A stretch of 63,984 bases of DNA, counting the filler, from Saprolegnia diclina VS20 (Eukaryota), in NCBI RefSeq assembly GCF_000281045.1. It is 5 parts of 3 records of this genome, joined end to end, with 100 filler letters (N's around TTAATTAATTAA, not from the genome) between each part and the next. Parts side by side here need not be neighbours in the genome. Positions count along the whole stretch, not along the records: positions 26,111 to 45,122 come from NW_008246089.1; positions 45,223 to 59,823 come from NW_008246090.1; 3 more parts are not named here. One strand, 5' to 3'. A model generated the notes under the pieces. That model was given only the letters and a program-made list of their open reading frames with translations, did no database searches and was not told the DNA's origin. Below are positions 38,101 through 48,708 of the stretch, piece after piece. The stretch's first letter is position 1; every line of letters starts with the position of its first letter. The position numbers were made by a program, and so were the translations under genes.

Positions 38101-40273
38101 CTACACGGCGCGCGTTGGCTGCAAGAGAAAGTCGACCATCTCGAGCTGCTTGACGTACGACTCTTCCATACGGCGCACGGCGACCAAGAAGGCGTCTTCG
38201 ACCGTCGAGAGTGCTGGGAGGAGGCTGTTGGCAAAGGCAACCACAAAGCGCTCAATGTTGCTTTCCCGAAGCATCGCTTTGGGCAGCTTGAGGTCTGTAA
38301 TGTGCGGGAGCAAGCTCAGCCCTTGGAGAATCGTCGAGCTCGAGAGCTCGAGCGCCGACAAGTCGAGGCGCACCAGCGTCGCGCTCTACGCCGTGCTGTA
38401 ATCACACAAAAATGAACAAAACAGGTACCTGGCTCGACGCCAGCGCTTGCATCCAGTACGAGGTCGCGTCGGCCGGCGCACGGATGCACGTAAACCGATT
38501 CGCTAGCAGCCCGGCCTCCCCGACCGCCGTATGGAGGCAGCGCGGGCCAATGTCCGAGACGGGCACGGGGATCGGGCGCGCCGACGTCGACGTCGATGGT
38601 GGCAGTGGCGTAGCGTAGAGCGCGAGGATGTTCTCAAGGTACGTTGTCTGGTCGCGCGGCGGGTGCAGCTCGCGGAGCCAGTCGACCGCGTCCCACGGCG
38701 TCTGCGTCAAGTACGGATGAAGGAGCAGATTGTCCATGGGCATATTGTGGTACAAGAGGTACGCGCCGTGCTCGGCGAGGCTACGAAAGTCGCGCGGCAT
38801 GCTGTGCCGGTCCATCGCGAGGCAGTGGAGCAGCGACTGCTGGCGCAGGTTCGCGAGCCGCCCTTCAAGGCACACGTCCAGAATCAAGTAGAGGTAGCTA
38901 CACAGTAGGTTTTTCCACCGACTCTCTTCGCGGTTCTGCGTCGTAAAGATCAAGCTCCAGACCGCGCTTTCGTGGTCATACTGGCCGCTCTTGCGCTCCC
39001 ACGCGCCGTGGCCGTCGATGCGCAGAAGGGGCACGCCGGGCGGCGCCGTGTTGGTTGGAAATGCGAGCACGTGCTTGAGCGAGAGGTCCGTGTGCGCTAT
39101 ACCAGCAGCGTCCAGAGCCATGCAGCCGTGGAGCAGCTGAAAGCAAAACGACCGGAGCGTCTCGGGCGGCAGCGGCGAGTGCTTCCCGAGCCACGCCTTG
39201 AGCGTCGTGCACGATAGGGCGTGCAAATGCGCCGTCTCGGTCGGAAAGAGAAGCGCGTTCGACCAGTTTTTCTTGGTCGACAAGAGGCGCGAGACATGGA
39301 CGCTGCCAATCGGAGTCGTCTCGACGAGCTGCGAGAGGTCGCGGTGGCGCGACGAGGTCGGCGCCGCCTCGCTCGTTTCATCAGGCACAAACTCTTGCTG
39401 TACAAATGCTGGCCCCATTGCGAGGCCGCTCGTGTAGAAGAGCATGTACACTTGGATCGCAGGTGTCGGGCGAGGGCACGACATGAGCGTGCGCAGCGGG
39501 TAGCCTTCGTTTGGCGACACGAGGAGCTTCTCCCAGAGCGTGTCCTGGCGGCAAAGGCGGCTCCAACGCACGCAAGTGAGCGTGCACTTGAGCAGACTTG
39601 GGCCATCGAGGAAGGCCAAGACGAGCTCTTCAAGGCCATGGAGGGCCGTGAGCCCGCCTTGCATCGGAACGGGCTGGTCAATGCTGTGCCGATTGAGCAC
39701 AAGCTGCGTCGCCCAGCGATCGTCACCTGGAATGGACGTCAGTCGCGACTTCATGCGCGACAGCACGGCAATGCGATCCTGGACGAAACGGCGCTGCAAC
39801 ACGAGCGGCTCTTCATTGCCATGGGGCTGGTACGCGGTTGGTGGCGCTTCGTAGCTCTCGTGGCGGAGCCCCTTGATCTGGATCGCGTCCAACGTGATGC
39901 GCGGCACGTTGATTTGCTTGTGCATGTTGACATCGAGCGAGACGGCCCGGCGCCGGGGCACAGGCGGTGCGACGACAATCTCGTCATCCGTGTTCATGTC
40001 CGTGTCATCGAGCACGTCGCGCACGAACGGGTACTGGCGGCGAGCCACCATCGGGTGGAACTGATTGGCGCGCATCTCGCGCAGCTCGAGGCGGGCAAGG
40101 CGCTGCATGCGCCCGTGGTCGCGCAGGTAGTCGTCGAGCATGAGCCGCATCTCGTTCGGGTCGCGCTGGTCCTGGCGCTGAAGCATGTAGCGACGCATCT
40201 GAAGGCTATGGTACCGGATCTGGAGACGGTTCTGCTGCCAGCGCAAGAGGAGCCCTTGGTGTCGATGGTCCAT
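38101..40273 (-). CDS. F-box protein with a degenerate kinase-like C-lobe and short LRR-like tail
   Basis: F-box LEELVLAFLDGPSLLKCTLTCVRWSRLCRQDTLWEKL; kinase-like LRSFCFQLLHGCMALDAAGIAHTDLSLKHVL and LLLHPY; terminal exon 38101 to about 38390 (LVRLDLSAL..LKLP). Confidence 0.7.
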
Positions 40274-40476
40274 GAAATGGCTCACTGCGGAAAGCTTGCG
40301 TTTGTCGTGGGCGGCGGTTGCCAGAATTCGAACACGAGCCCGAATTTATTTAACCGCATCGCAATTAAATGCCGACCCGCCCATAGAGTCGGACTGCCAC
40401 ATGGCGCGTATTTTATTGACAGCGCGCTTTGTATTTTTATCGAAGATCTCGCGGCGTCTGCCTAGCCAGGCTGCAG

Positions 40477-40529
40477 AGGCGCCACGACCAAGCGGACCAA
40501 GGCGCCACGACCAAGCGGACCAAGGCGCC
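40477..40529. repeat. 23-bp tandem repeat (2.3 copies)
   Basis: AGGCGCCACGACCAAGCGGACCA x2 followed by AGGCGCC. Confidence 0.9.
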
Positions 40530-40983
40530 GCGCCGACGACCTCGCGCCGGCCGAGCCCTTCGCCATGGTGCTAGCATGCCATGGCCTTGACCATGGCGCT
40601 TCCTGGCTCGCGCACGTGCCTCAGTAGAGTGTGCGGTATTGGCGCACGGGCCATATCGGGCAAGGCGCGGCGACATAGAAACCCTCGAGCGACCTCGCAA
40701 GGCGGAGCGACGCAGAAGGGTCGCGCATTGCCGTCGGAGCTGCGATCTCGATTGACGAGCCCCACGGAACCGGCGACGCGCGTTGGATATGCTTGCCCGG
40801 ATTGTCGCTCCACAAGGTTGAAGTTGGACGCGTTGATGATGGCGATGATAAAGTTCTCGCAACGTAGCGGTCGTGGCGATGGTAAAAACGATGGAGCCGA
40901 TAGCGGTGGAGAGGCGTGTGCAAGCGTCGCGGACGAATGACGACATGTGGAATGCGGTGTGCATGCTATTACTGGTACAACCT

Positions 40984-41463
40984 TTAGAGAAAGATGGCGT
41001 GGATGTCTCGCGTCGCGAGCTTGCGTTGGCAGAGCGGACACTTGTGGATCTTGGCGACGACCAACGTAATGCATTCTTTGCAGAAGACGTGGCCGCACGT
41101 CGTCGATGCCATTTCCTGGTACGGGTCGAGACATAAGGGACATCGCATCTTGGCCTTGGCTGCCTCGACGATGCGCTCGCGCTTCCGGTTCTCCTCCAAC
41201 GCGTTGGCGCGCGCCTGTGCTTGTGGATCGAGTACGACGCGCGGGCTGGCATCTTCATCGTCGGAGAGGAGCTCAATCACGTCGGCGTCGGCCACGGGCG
41301 GTGGCGGCGGCCGGCGTCGCCCACGATGCCGCCGACCACTCGAGGGTACGATCGGCCGCATGATCACGATCGGGTTGCCAGCGGCGTCTGTGACAATGAT
41401 GTCGTCGTCCGACGGTGGTGCAGGACGGGCGCCGACGACCACGACGTCGTCATCGTCGCTCAT
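40984..41463 (-). CDS. RNF4/Slx8-like SUMO-targeted RING-HC ubiquitin ligase
   Basis: Tandem SIM-like motifs (DDDDVVVV, DDDIIVTD, DVIELLSDDED); C-terminal CPLCLD..STTCGHVFCKECI..KCPLCQRKL..IHAIFL. Confidence 0.85.
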   Translation of the reverse strand: MSDDDDVVVVGARPAPPSDDDIIVTDAAGNPIVIMRPIVPSSGRRHRGRRRPPPPPVADADVIELLSDDEDASPRVVLDPQAQARANALEENRKRERIVEAAKAKMRCPLCLDPYQEMASTTCGHVFCKECITLVVAKIHKCPLCQRKLATRDIHAIFL

Positions 41464-42146
41464 GCTGGACTGGAACGGATGAGGCAAAATGGATTCTTGC
41501 TGCCACTGCTCCTTTCATAGTTTAAAATCACGCCACTTAACCGAAATGCATCCGGTCATCCCGTCGATGCGATTGTCGATCGCCAACGCATTTTCCTCTT
41601 CCATTGCAGCACTTACCACAGCTTTGATCTTGGTGCGGCCCTTGCTCTGCATACCGCGTCTGAGCAGTCGATGCCTGCGCGTTCTGGCCGTTGAGGAGCG
41701 TGTTTCTAGAGCCGGATGATATAATTGGTGAAGAAGTCGGGCGAAACCCTCAGATTCCGTGGCTAAACCCACGCCACTCGACCCGAGGCCATATTGTGCC
41801 AGGACCTTGGCCGCTTGCTGCATAGAAGTATTTTCGCACAAGCCGCACGAATTATTAGCAAGCTACGAGTGCACACACCCAGTACGGCGCTTGCCACTCG
41901 AACCGTGGCGCCTCGTCGATTCATTGTAGGCGTCGCCGTCTTGTCGCAACGCAAAGTTGGGTGGGTTTAACCTCGCTGTTTTCATAGTGAAAAGATCGCC
42001 GGAGTCGCCGCATGGAGCTCGCCGCGCTTCAGGACCACCTCGCGCTCTTGACCATCCACCACGTACGCGCGCATGGCCGCATGGCGCTAGTATCATGGTC
42101 GTCGTAGAGCCAAGCCGAGGCCAACAGCTCGCTCCTGCACAGCACC

Positions 42147-43492
42147 ATGCACGCTCTCTGGCGCGGTCGCGCCAATCTCCTCAAGGCGCGCGTCATTGAG
42201 ACGCAGCGCCGGCTGCAATCGCTGCAGGCGACCATCCCATTGTCGTCCGAGAGCCTCGCTGCCAAGCCCGTGCTGCCCCGCCACATCTTTGTCCTCGTGC
42301 ACGGCGTGTACGGGTCGCCGACCGACCTCGCGGCCATCGCCAAGAAGCTCCGGTCGACGTTTGCCGACAACGAGATGCTCCTACTGCAGAGTCGATCGAA
42401 TAAAGGCAAGACACAGCGTGGCCTTGAGAAGTGCGGATCCAACTTGGCGGCCGAGATCTCGGACCTGCTCTTGACGTACCAGTCGTCGCCGCATGGCCAC
42501 CGCATTAGCTTTGTGGGCCACTCGCTTGGCGGGCTCATTACGCGCCAGAGCCTCGTGTACCTCCAAGACGTATTTGCCAAGCAACAGATTCAGTGTACGT
42601 CGTACGTCTCGGTGTGCTCGCCGCACTTGGGCTCGCGCTGTCCCGGCGGATCGCCCACCAAGGTACCGATACATTAGTGTCTTTGATATGGAGCCAAATG
42701 CGTATAGAACATGTGGAAGTTTGCGGTCCACCAAGTCTTGTCCATGTCGCTCATTTACGGCAAGACGGGCCACGAGCTGCTCTTCGAAGGTGGGTTTTGT
42801 CGCCTTGATCGCTCCTTCCCGAATGGTGCCCGTAGACAACCCCGTAGCGCCGTTCTTGGAGAGCATGAGCGCGCCTCGTACGTGCTTGACGCCAACGATG
42901 CAGTCTCATCCTTCAGCGGTAGAGTCGATGCACATGCAAGCGCTCGCAAGATTCAAACACCGAACTGCGATCGCCGTCATCGAAGGCGACCAGCTCGTAC
43001 CCTACGCCTCCGCCTCCATGAACCCCAACCCTCTGCCCGAGATGCCGCCGCATAAAGACTCGTCGAGCGTCTGGCAGTGGACGATGCTGCACGACGGGTT
43101 CGCCGACACGTCCGCGTTCGGTGCCAAGCTCAGCGCAAAGTACCCTGTCCTGCCCACGGCGCGTCCCGAGCTCGAGATGACGTCGGATGGCCAGCCGTGC
43201 GACGCAGGGTACCGCCGCTTGCGGCTCCTTTGGAGGCTATTGCTCGTGGTGTAGGCACGAAGTTGCGATTTCAGCTGGCATGCTCAGCAACCTCCTCTCG
43301 CTGCCGTGGCGACGCATGCACCTCCAGGTCGACATGCGCGGGATCCACAAGGTGCACGCGCTCAACCTGCACGTGTGGCCTGTTGGGCTCATGCAGCCGA
43401 GCAACAGTCGAAGCGACGAGTTCATCGATGTTCTCGTTGAGATGCTGCATGCCGACCACATAGAAAGCGATGAAAAGGCTCCTTGTGTATAA
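42147..43492 (+). CDS. DUF676 / putative serine esterase alpha-beta hydrolase (multi-exon)
   Basis: IFVLVHGVYGS, ISFVGHSLGGLITR, SPHLGSR, ALARFKHR..DQLVPYASAS. Confidence 0.85.
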
Positions 43493-43505
43493 CCGTATCA
43501 ATCGA

Positions 43506-44792
43506 CTAGTCGTACATACGACGGTGCAGGGCTCCCACATCGTCTTTGAACGTGTCGAGCGCCGTCGGCTCAAAGTCTAGTCCAATCTGGAGGCATTTGG
43601 CTCGCGCCACGAGACAGCCACCGCGTCGCGCGTTGCGAGGCCAGCGCCAAGCGCCGAGATGGTCGCTCCCACGAGCGTGTCGCCAGCACCAACCGTGTCG
43701 AGCAGCTCGGCAATCGGGTCCACCGGCACGTGGTCCATGACGTTGGTCGCCGTGCACCAGACGAACGCTCCGTCGGCTCCCCATGGCACGACGACCGCCC
43801 GCAGATCGCTACAGCAACATCGTCTTCACCAGTAGAAGTGTGCCAAGTACCTCGTGGCGATTGCAGACATGGCCGTCAGCTCAGTGAAGAAATCAAGCGC
43901 GGTGGCATGGCCCAGCGACGTGACGTAGCCTTGAGCGATGAAGGCATAGGCAACATGCGGCAGGAGCCTAGCCTGTATGCGTAAAAGAAGACATACTGGC
44001 GCGCGTACTGCTGGACGTCGTCCCAGGCGTGGCGCGGGCCCTCGACCTCGAGCGATATCGTTGCTCGAGGCTGCGTCACGCGGGTGACGCGGATCATGCG
44101 TAGCTGACTAAGCGCGTCGCGGCACTCGAAGTGGACCCACGCCACGTCCGAGAGCGTGGCGAGGGCGGTCGCAACATGATCATCGCTCACTTCGGGCAAG
44201 TCGCGGTGATGGAAGATCGTACGCGATCCGTTGGCGTCGCTCAGCATAATGTGCTACAAAGATGAGGAGGAAAAGGATGGGAATGACGACGATAAGCCTA
44301 CCGACGTGGGCATCGCGCCCGACCCGTGGACTTGGCAGGACGATGCGTACACGCCGTGCGCGGCAAGGTCGTCGACGATGAAGCGCGCATCTGCGTTGGT
44401 TGACGGATCCACGAGGCTCCCGATCCAGTGGTAGGAGGCAAAGCTATTCAGCTGCGCGCTCACGACCTACACGCTGCCATGGTGGACATGTCCTGCGAAT
44501 ACTGAGGTCGGTCACCAGAACGTTGGTGCCGTTGCCGCCGCTACGACCAGCATGAGTTGCTGCATCATGCCGCCGGACGAAGGAGAGCATACCGAACTTT
44601 GCGCGTCACGCGGATGCGCGTCTAGAGAGCATATTCCGCTTAGCGTCGAGTAGCGAGTCGTACCTTGCTGTCCTCTACAAGCGCACGGGTCCATCAGCAT
44701 CGTGGAGCAAGAGACAGAAGAGCACCTTGGGGGTAGTCCGGCACGAGATGCACCAAGTCCACGGTCGCGATGCCGACGACGACGCACGCCAT
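43506..44792 (-). CDS. KHK: Ketohexokinase-like PfkB carbohydrate kinase (multi-exon)
   Basis: VVGIATVDLVHLVPDYPQ, SGGNGTN, GSRTIFHHRDLPE, WVHFECR, ISLEVE, VPWGADGA, DTVGAGDTLVGA. Confidence 0.85.
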
Positions 44793-45122
44793 GACCACCT
44801 TTCCCAAAATGCCTACGCATCGCTGATTGGTCAAAACAAAATCTTTTTCGGTCCACACGTGGCAAGCGGAGAGACGTGGACGCAAGCAATCGATGCCAAC
44901 GCGCGAAAGCACGGGCGCCTTTGCTTGCCGATGTAGAGTACCTCTATATACCTACTACGATAGTCTTGATGATATTGAATGGATCTAGGTAGTCGAAACT
45001 AGCGGATCAAAGCATAAGAATGGAGCATTCGAGCGTGAGACCACTGTGACTAACAGTGGTCTTTCCAGTGGCCTATGGACAAAACTACCTCTAGTATCCT
45101 AACTCGAGGTAAATCGCGAGGC

Positions 45123-45222
45123 NNNNNNNNNNNNNNNNNNNNNNNNNNNNNNNNNNNNNNNNNNNNTTAATTAATTAANNNNNNNNNNNNNNNNNNNNNN
45201 NNNNNNNNNNNNNNNNNNNNNN
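45123..45222. other. Artificial contig junction
   Basis: N44-TTAATTAATTAA-N44. Confidence 0.97.
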
Positions 45223-45536
45223 CCCATCATCCAAGAAGCTACTTGGTGACGAAGGGTCATCTGCGGTGGCGTATCACCCTCGCATCGGTCGCGTCGGCGT
45301 GGGTTGCCGTTCGACGACAAGAACCGCCTTCCACGCCGTCTCGTCCAGCCTTGTTTTTTGCATTTGGCAACGGATTTAATGATAATGCATTGGTCGTAGT
45401 ATACAAGACCGTAGGTAGAAGCAGAGTAGCCGCCATTCTATTCGACAATATAAGTGATCCGAGCGCGTTGCTCGTGCTCAGCTTTCCTCATTCTTTGATT
45501 TGACCCGTCCTCCTCAGTCTCTACCGCTCGATCGCC
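45223..45536 (+). promoter_or_regulatory. Upstream region of nuclease-like copy 1, nearly identical to that of copy 5 (58346-58659); includes INR/FPR-like TCATTCTTTGATTTGAC
   Basis: Direct sequence match to 58346-58659; INR/FPR-like motif at about 45489-45505. Confidence 0.7.
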
Positions 45537-46664
45537 ATGGGCCGCAAGAAGAGCAAGAAGAGCGGACGCAAGAAGCAACGTCTGTCGAACGGCCTGTCGA
45601 ACGGCCTGTCGAACGGCCAGCCGAAGGGCCTCCGGAACGGCCGCCACAAGTCGTCAAACGTCGAGATGCAATCAAGCCAGCTGGACACGACGGCCGAGGC
45701 CTCGACGCCGACCGCTGCGCCGCCGACGTTCGCCGTGATGGACGGCGCACTTACCCTCGACGGTCTCGCGGCGGCAGCCAAGGTCTTTTGCGCCCATGAC
45801 GGCGAGATGTCTCCGATGCTCATTGCGCGCAACGTGCCGCTGATCGCGTGGCGTGATGACGAGGCGCTCAACGCCCGGCAGTTCCACGTCATCTTGTGTG
45901 CCACGTTCAAGGGTGATCCGTGGGACCCGGCGACGCTGGCCACGATCTCCATCGTCCGACGTACCCCCAGCGGTCCGCATCAGGAGCCTTTGGCCCGCAC
46001 GATGATGGATCTTGCCAACCAGGCAATCAACTTTCCCGATGCGTTCTGCATTGGACCTTGCAAAGGGCTCACGCTGGACGGCAAAGTGCGCGAGCCGGAC
46101 ATGGCGATCTTCCAGTACATTCGTGCGTTTGAGTGCCTTGACTCTCCGTGCATGGTGCTGGAGCTCGACTACAAAAACCGCACGTTCGTCGTCTTGGAGC
46201 CATGGATCAAGGCGTACGTCAGTGTCAAGACCCGCACAGCTGTCGGCGTCAAGATCTTCGGCGACCAAGGTGGCGAGGTTGGTCGCTTTGGCGCCGTCGC
46301 GCTCAAGTACGTTTACGGCGAGGCTGGCGCTGCGACGCTCCAGTTTGCCGCGAGCATTGGCACGGCGCCGCTCACGCCTGAATCTATGCGCGGGATGAGC
46401 GACGAGGTGCGCGCCGCGATGCAGCATTTCCACGTCGGGATTGCGCACGAAGCGGATCTGCACCATGCGCGCTGGGCCCACCCGACGCTGGCTCCGCCGC
46501 GCATCGAGCTGACGGTGGACGACCTCTGGTACCAAGATGAAGACCACTTGCTCGGCGCGGCGCCGCCGAATCTCACGAGCCTCTTCATCGACCTCTACAC
46601 CCTCGCCATGAGTGCGCGCGGTGCCATGCTTTCCGCCTCGAGAAACCCTCGCGCGCAGGATTAG
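45537..46664 (+). CDS. Uma2/PD-(D/E)XK-like (Crinkler REase-like) protein, copy 1, with N-terminal NLS
   Basis: Intronless ORF; MGRKKSKKSGRKKQR; (SNGL)n; motifs TPSGPHQ, REPDMAIF, PCMVLELDYKNR, AVGVKIF, FGAVALKY, FAASIGTAP. Confidence 0.75.
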   Translation: MGRKKSKKSGRKKQRLSNGLSNGLSNGQPKGLRNGRHKSSNVEMQSSQLDTTAEASTPTAAPPTFAVMDGALTLDGLAAAAKVFCAHDGEMSPMLIARNVPLIAWRDDEALNARQFHVILCATFKGDPWDPATLATISIVRRTPSGPHQEPLARTMMDLANQAINFPDAFCIGPCKGLTLDGKVREPDMAIFQYIRAFECLDSPCMVLELDYKNRTFVVLEPWIKAYVSVKTRTAVGVKIFGDQGGEVGRFGAVALKYVYGEAGAATLQFAASIGTAPLTPESMRGMSDEVRAAMQHFHVGIAHEADLHHARWAHPTLAPPRIELTVDDLWYQDEDHLLGAAPPNLTSLFIDLYTLAMSARGAMLSASRNPRAQD

Positions 46665-47122
46665 TTGTCGACTTCAGTAATCACCAGTCTGACTTTACCC
46701 CGTACGAGTATATGGTCATCCCCTTTGAGTCTTTCAATTTAGCAAGCTTATGGTAGTGGGTGTCCATGCTGGCGATGCATCCCGCGCTCAAATCAAGGCG
46801 TACCGCCCTACTACTTGGTACTTGCTTGGTACAGACGCAAGATAAGCTCGCATATGACGATCTTTTTGGCGCCCAACATTCATCCAAGGAAGCTGGGTGG
46901 AGACACAAGACACTGAAAAGATAGGTGTTTGCCTGGCCTTGTCTCGCGCCGTTGCCAGTCTTCTCGGTACTTGACCATTCGTACGGTCTCGGCCGCCGCT
47001 GAGATGCAAGCCGCCAGTCTTCTCCAGGTGTCATGAAGTACTTCACGATCGCACCGTACGAGCAAAACGAACGTGTCATTTTGCCATAAAAAAGACAGCC
47101 GATCGATCATGCACTGTCCAAA

Positions 47123-48067
47123 ATGGTCTTGTCCGTTGACAAATTCCGCTGGGAGAAGCGCTTTCACATCACGATTCTCGCTGCAATGCAACCAGCTTCC
47201 GACACGGTACCGTTCGTCGTCATGGAAGGCGCCGTCACGCGCGAAGGCCTCGAGGCCGCCGCCACCCTCTTTCAGGCGCAGGTCAACGACGCGCCACGCA
47301 TGCTCGTAGCGCGCAACGTGCCGTTGGTCGAATGGCTTGCCGACGACTACGACAGTCGTCTCTGCGGCGCCATCTTGTCGGTCACGTACGAAGGCGAGGC
47401 CGACGACGTGTCGACGCTCGCGTCGATCTACATTGTCCGCGCCATCACGCGGCCGCCATATAGCACGACTTTCGAGATGGCCCAGAGCCGTCCGATCATT
47501 GCGAACGGCGAGGTGCGCATCGCCGACTCGCAGATGGCGTGCGTAGACGCCAACGGCGCCATGCTCCCGCCGATCATGGTCATTGAGCTCGAGGTCGTGA
47601 ACCGAAGCATCTCGACCATCGTGGCCTGGATGCAGGGCTACTTTGACATGCTTGCGGGGCTGCGCGTGGCGCTGGCCTTCAAGTACTTTCTCGACGAGGA
47701 CGCAGAAGACCCCCAGCGCTTTAGCGCAGTCGTGCTCCAGTACGGTCGCAACGCGATGGGCCACGTGGTGCTGCAGTTTGCAGCCAGCTTTGGCTCGGTT
47801 TCGTTGAGCCTGGACGAGAAGGCGACGATCGACGACGACATTTTGGCCACGATGAAGGTATTTGACGACGAAATTGCAAGCGAGCTGGCACTGGGCCACA
47901 CGAAATGGGCCCATCCGACGGTGCCGTGCCCGACCCTCCAACTGTCGGTCGAGGAACTCTGGCCCGGGCCCGACCGGGAGTTGTATGTCACTCCCGGCAC
48001 CGAGAACATTTCCATGGACCTTTACGCCATGATGCTAGCGATTCGCGATTCGATGGCGGAAGAGTAG
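47123..48067 (+). CDS. Divergent member of the same nuclease-like family, copy 2 (no NLS, internal deletion, AD for PD)
   Basis: Shares VMEGAVTREGLEAAA, MLVARNVPL, NGEVRIAD, VIELEVVNRS, LQFAASFG and WAHPT with the other copies; start may be 47186. Confidence 0.75.
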   Translation: MVLSVDKFRWEKRFHITILAAMQPASDTVPFVVMEGAVTREGLEAAATLFQAQVNDAPRMLVARNVPLVEWLADDYDSRLCGAILSVTYEGEADDVSTLASIYIVRAITRPPYSTTFEMAQSRPIIANGEVRIADSQMACVDANGAMLPPIMVIELEVVNRSISTIVAWMQGYFDMLAGLRVALAFKYFLDEDAEDPQRFSAVVLQYGRNAMGHVVLQFAASFGSVSLSLDEKATIDDDILATMKVFDDEIASELALGHTKWAHPTVPCPTLQLSVEELWPGPDRELYVTPGTENISMDLYAMMLAIRDSMAEE

Positions 48068-48337
48068 CGTCCATCGTGTCGTCCGAAGCTCTTATGTTGA
48101 AGCGATTCAAATCTTATCAATCTATCAACGGACCACATTGCGNNNNNNNNNNNNNNNNNNNNNNNNNNNNNNNNNNNNNNNNNNNNNNNNNNNNNNNNNN
48201 NNNNNNNNNNNNNNNNNNNNNNNNNNNNNNNNNNNNNNNNNNATTCGATGGCGGAAGAGTAGCGTCCATCGTGTCGTCCGAAGCTCTTATGTTGAAGCGA
48301 TTCAAATCTTATCAATCTATCAACGGACCACATTGCG
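48044..48337. other. About 95-bp duplication flanking an N100 gap (probable unmerged assembly overlap)
   Basis: ATTCGATGGCGGAAGAGTAG...CACATTGCG is identical on both sides of gap 48143-48242. Confidence 0.75.
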
Positions 48338-48708
48338 AAACCGCGTGCATACAAAACCGCGTGCGCTGCACACTGGTTAGTCATGTTGGCGTTGGCCGGC
48401 TTGGGCCCCAACGCGCACCAGCCAAAGAGGCGCACCAGATGTAGCGCCGTTCCGTGCTCAAAGACGCACTTGCAAGTAGAGATCATCTTTGGTGACCTTG
48501 TGATAGGGACATGCCAATCTGCAGTGCCGCAAGGCGACCGACCAGATCATACATGGTTGCACGATAAGAAACTTCTACGTCCTGGATGCATAGATCAAGA
48601 GGAGGTACAGCAACATCAAGACCGGCATGGTCATCAAGACCAGAAGCCACTGACGTGGCTGGTGATGGATCGCGGCAGATCTTGACCTCGACTGCAGTGC
48701 GGATTGGA

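Noticed and set aside
36402..41463. RING-H2, F-box and RNF4-like genes as a functional ubiquitin cluster
   Set aside because: Unrelated, abundant families interspersed with SYS1; proximity is plausibly chance.
45038..45062. 10-bp stem hairpin AGACCACTGT..ACAGTGGTCT near the contig end
   Set aside because: Isolated short hairpin with no supporting context.
45537..46664. Nuclease-like genes as canonical secreted Crinkler or RxLR effectors
   Set aside because: No signal peptide and no LxLFLAK/HVLVxxP or RxLR motif; the N-terminus is basic and NLS-like instead.
48044..48337. Duplication of the 3' end of copy 2 as an additional gene copy
   Set aside because: Identical sequence on both sides of an N100 gap is typical of an unmerged overlap, although a hidden copy cannot be fully excluded.
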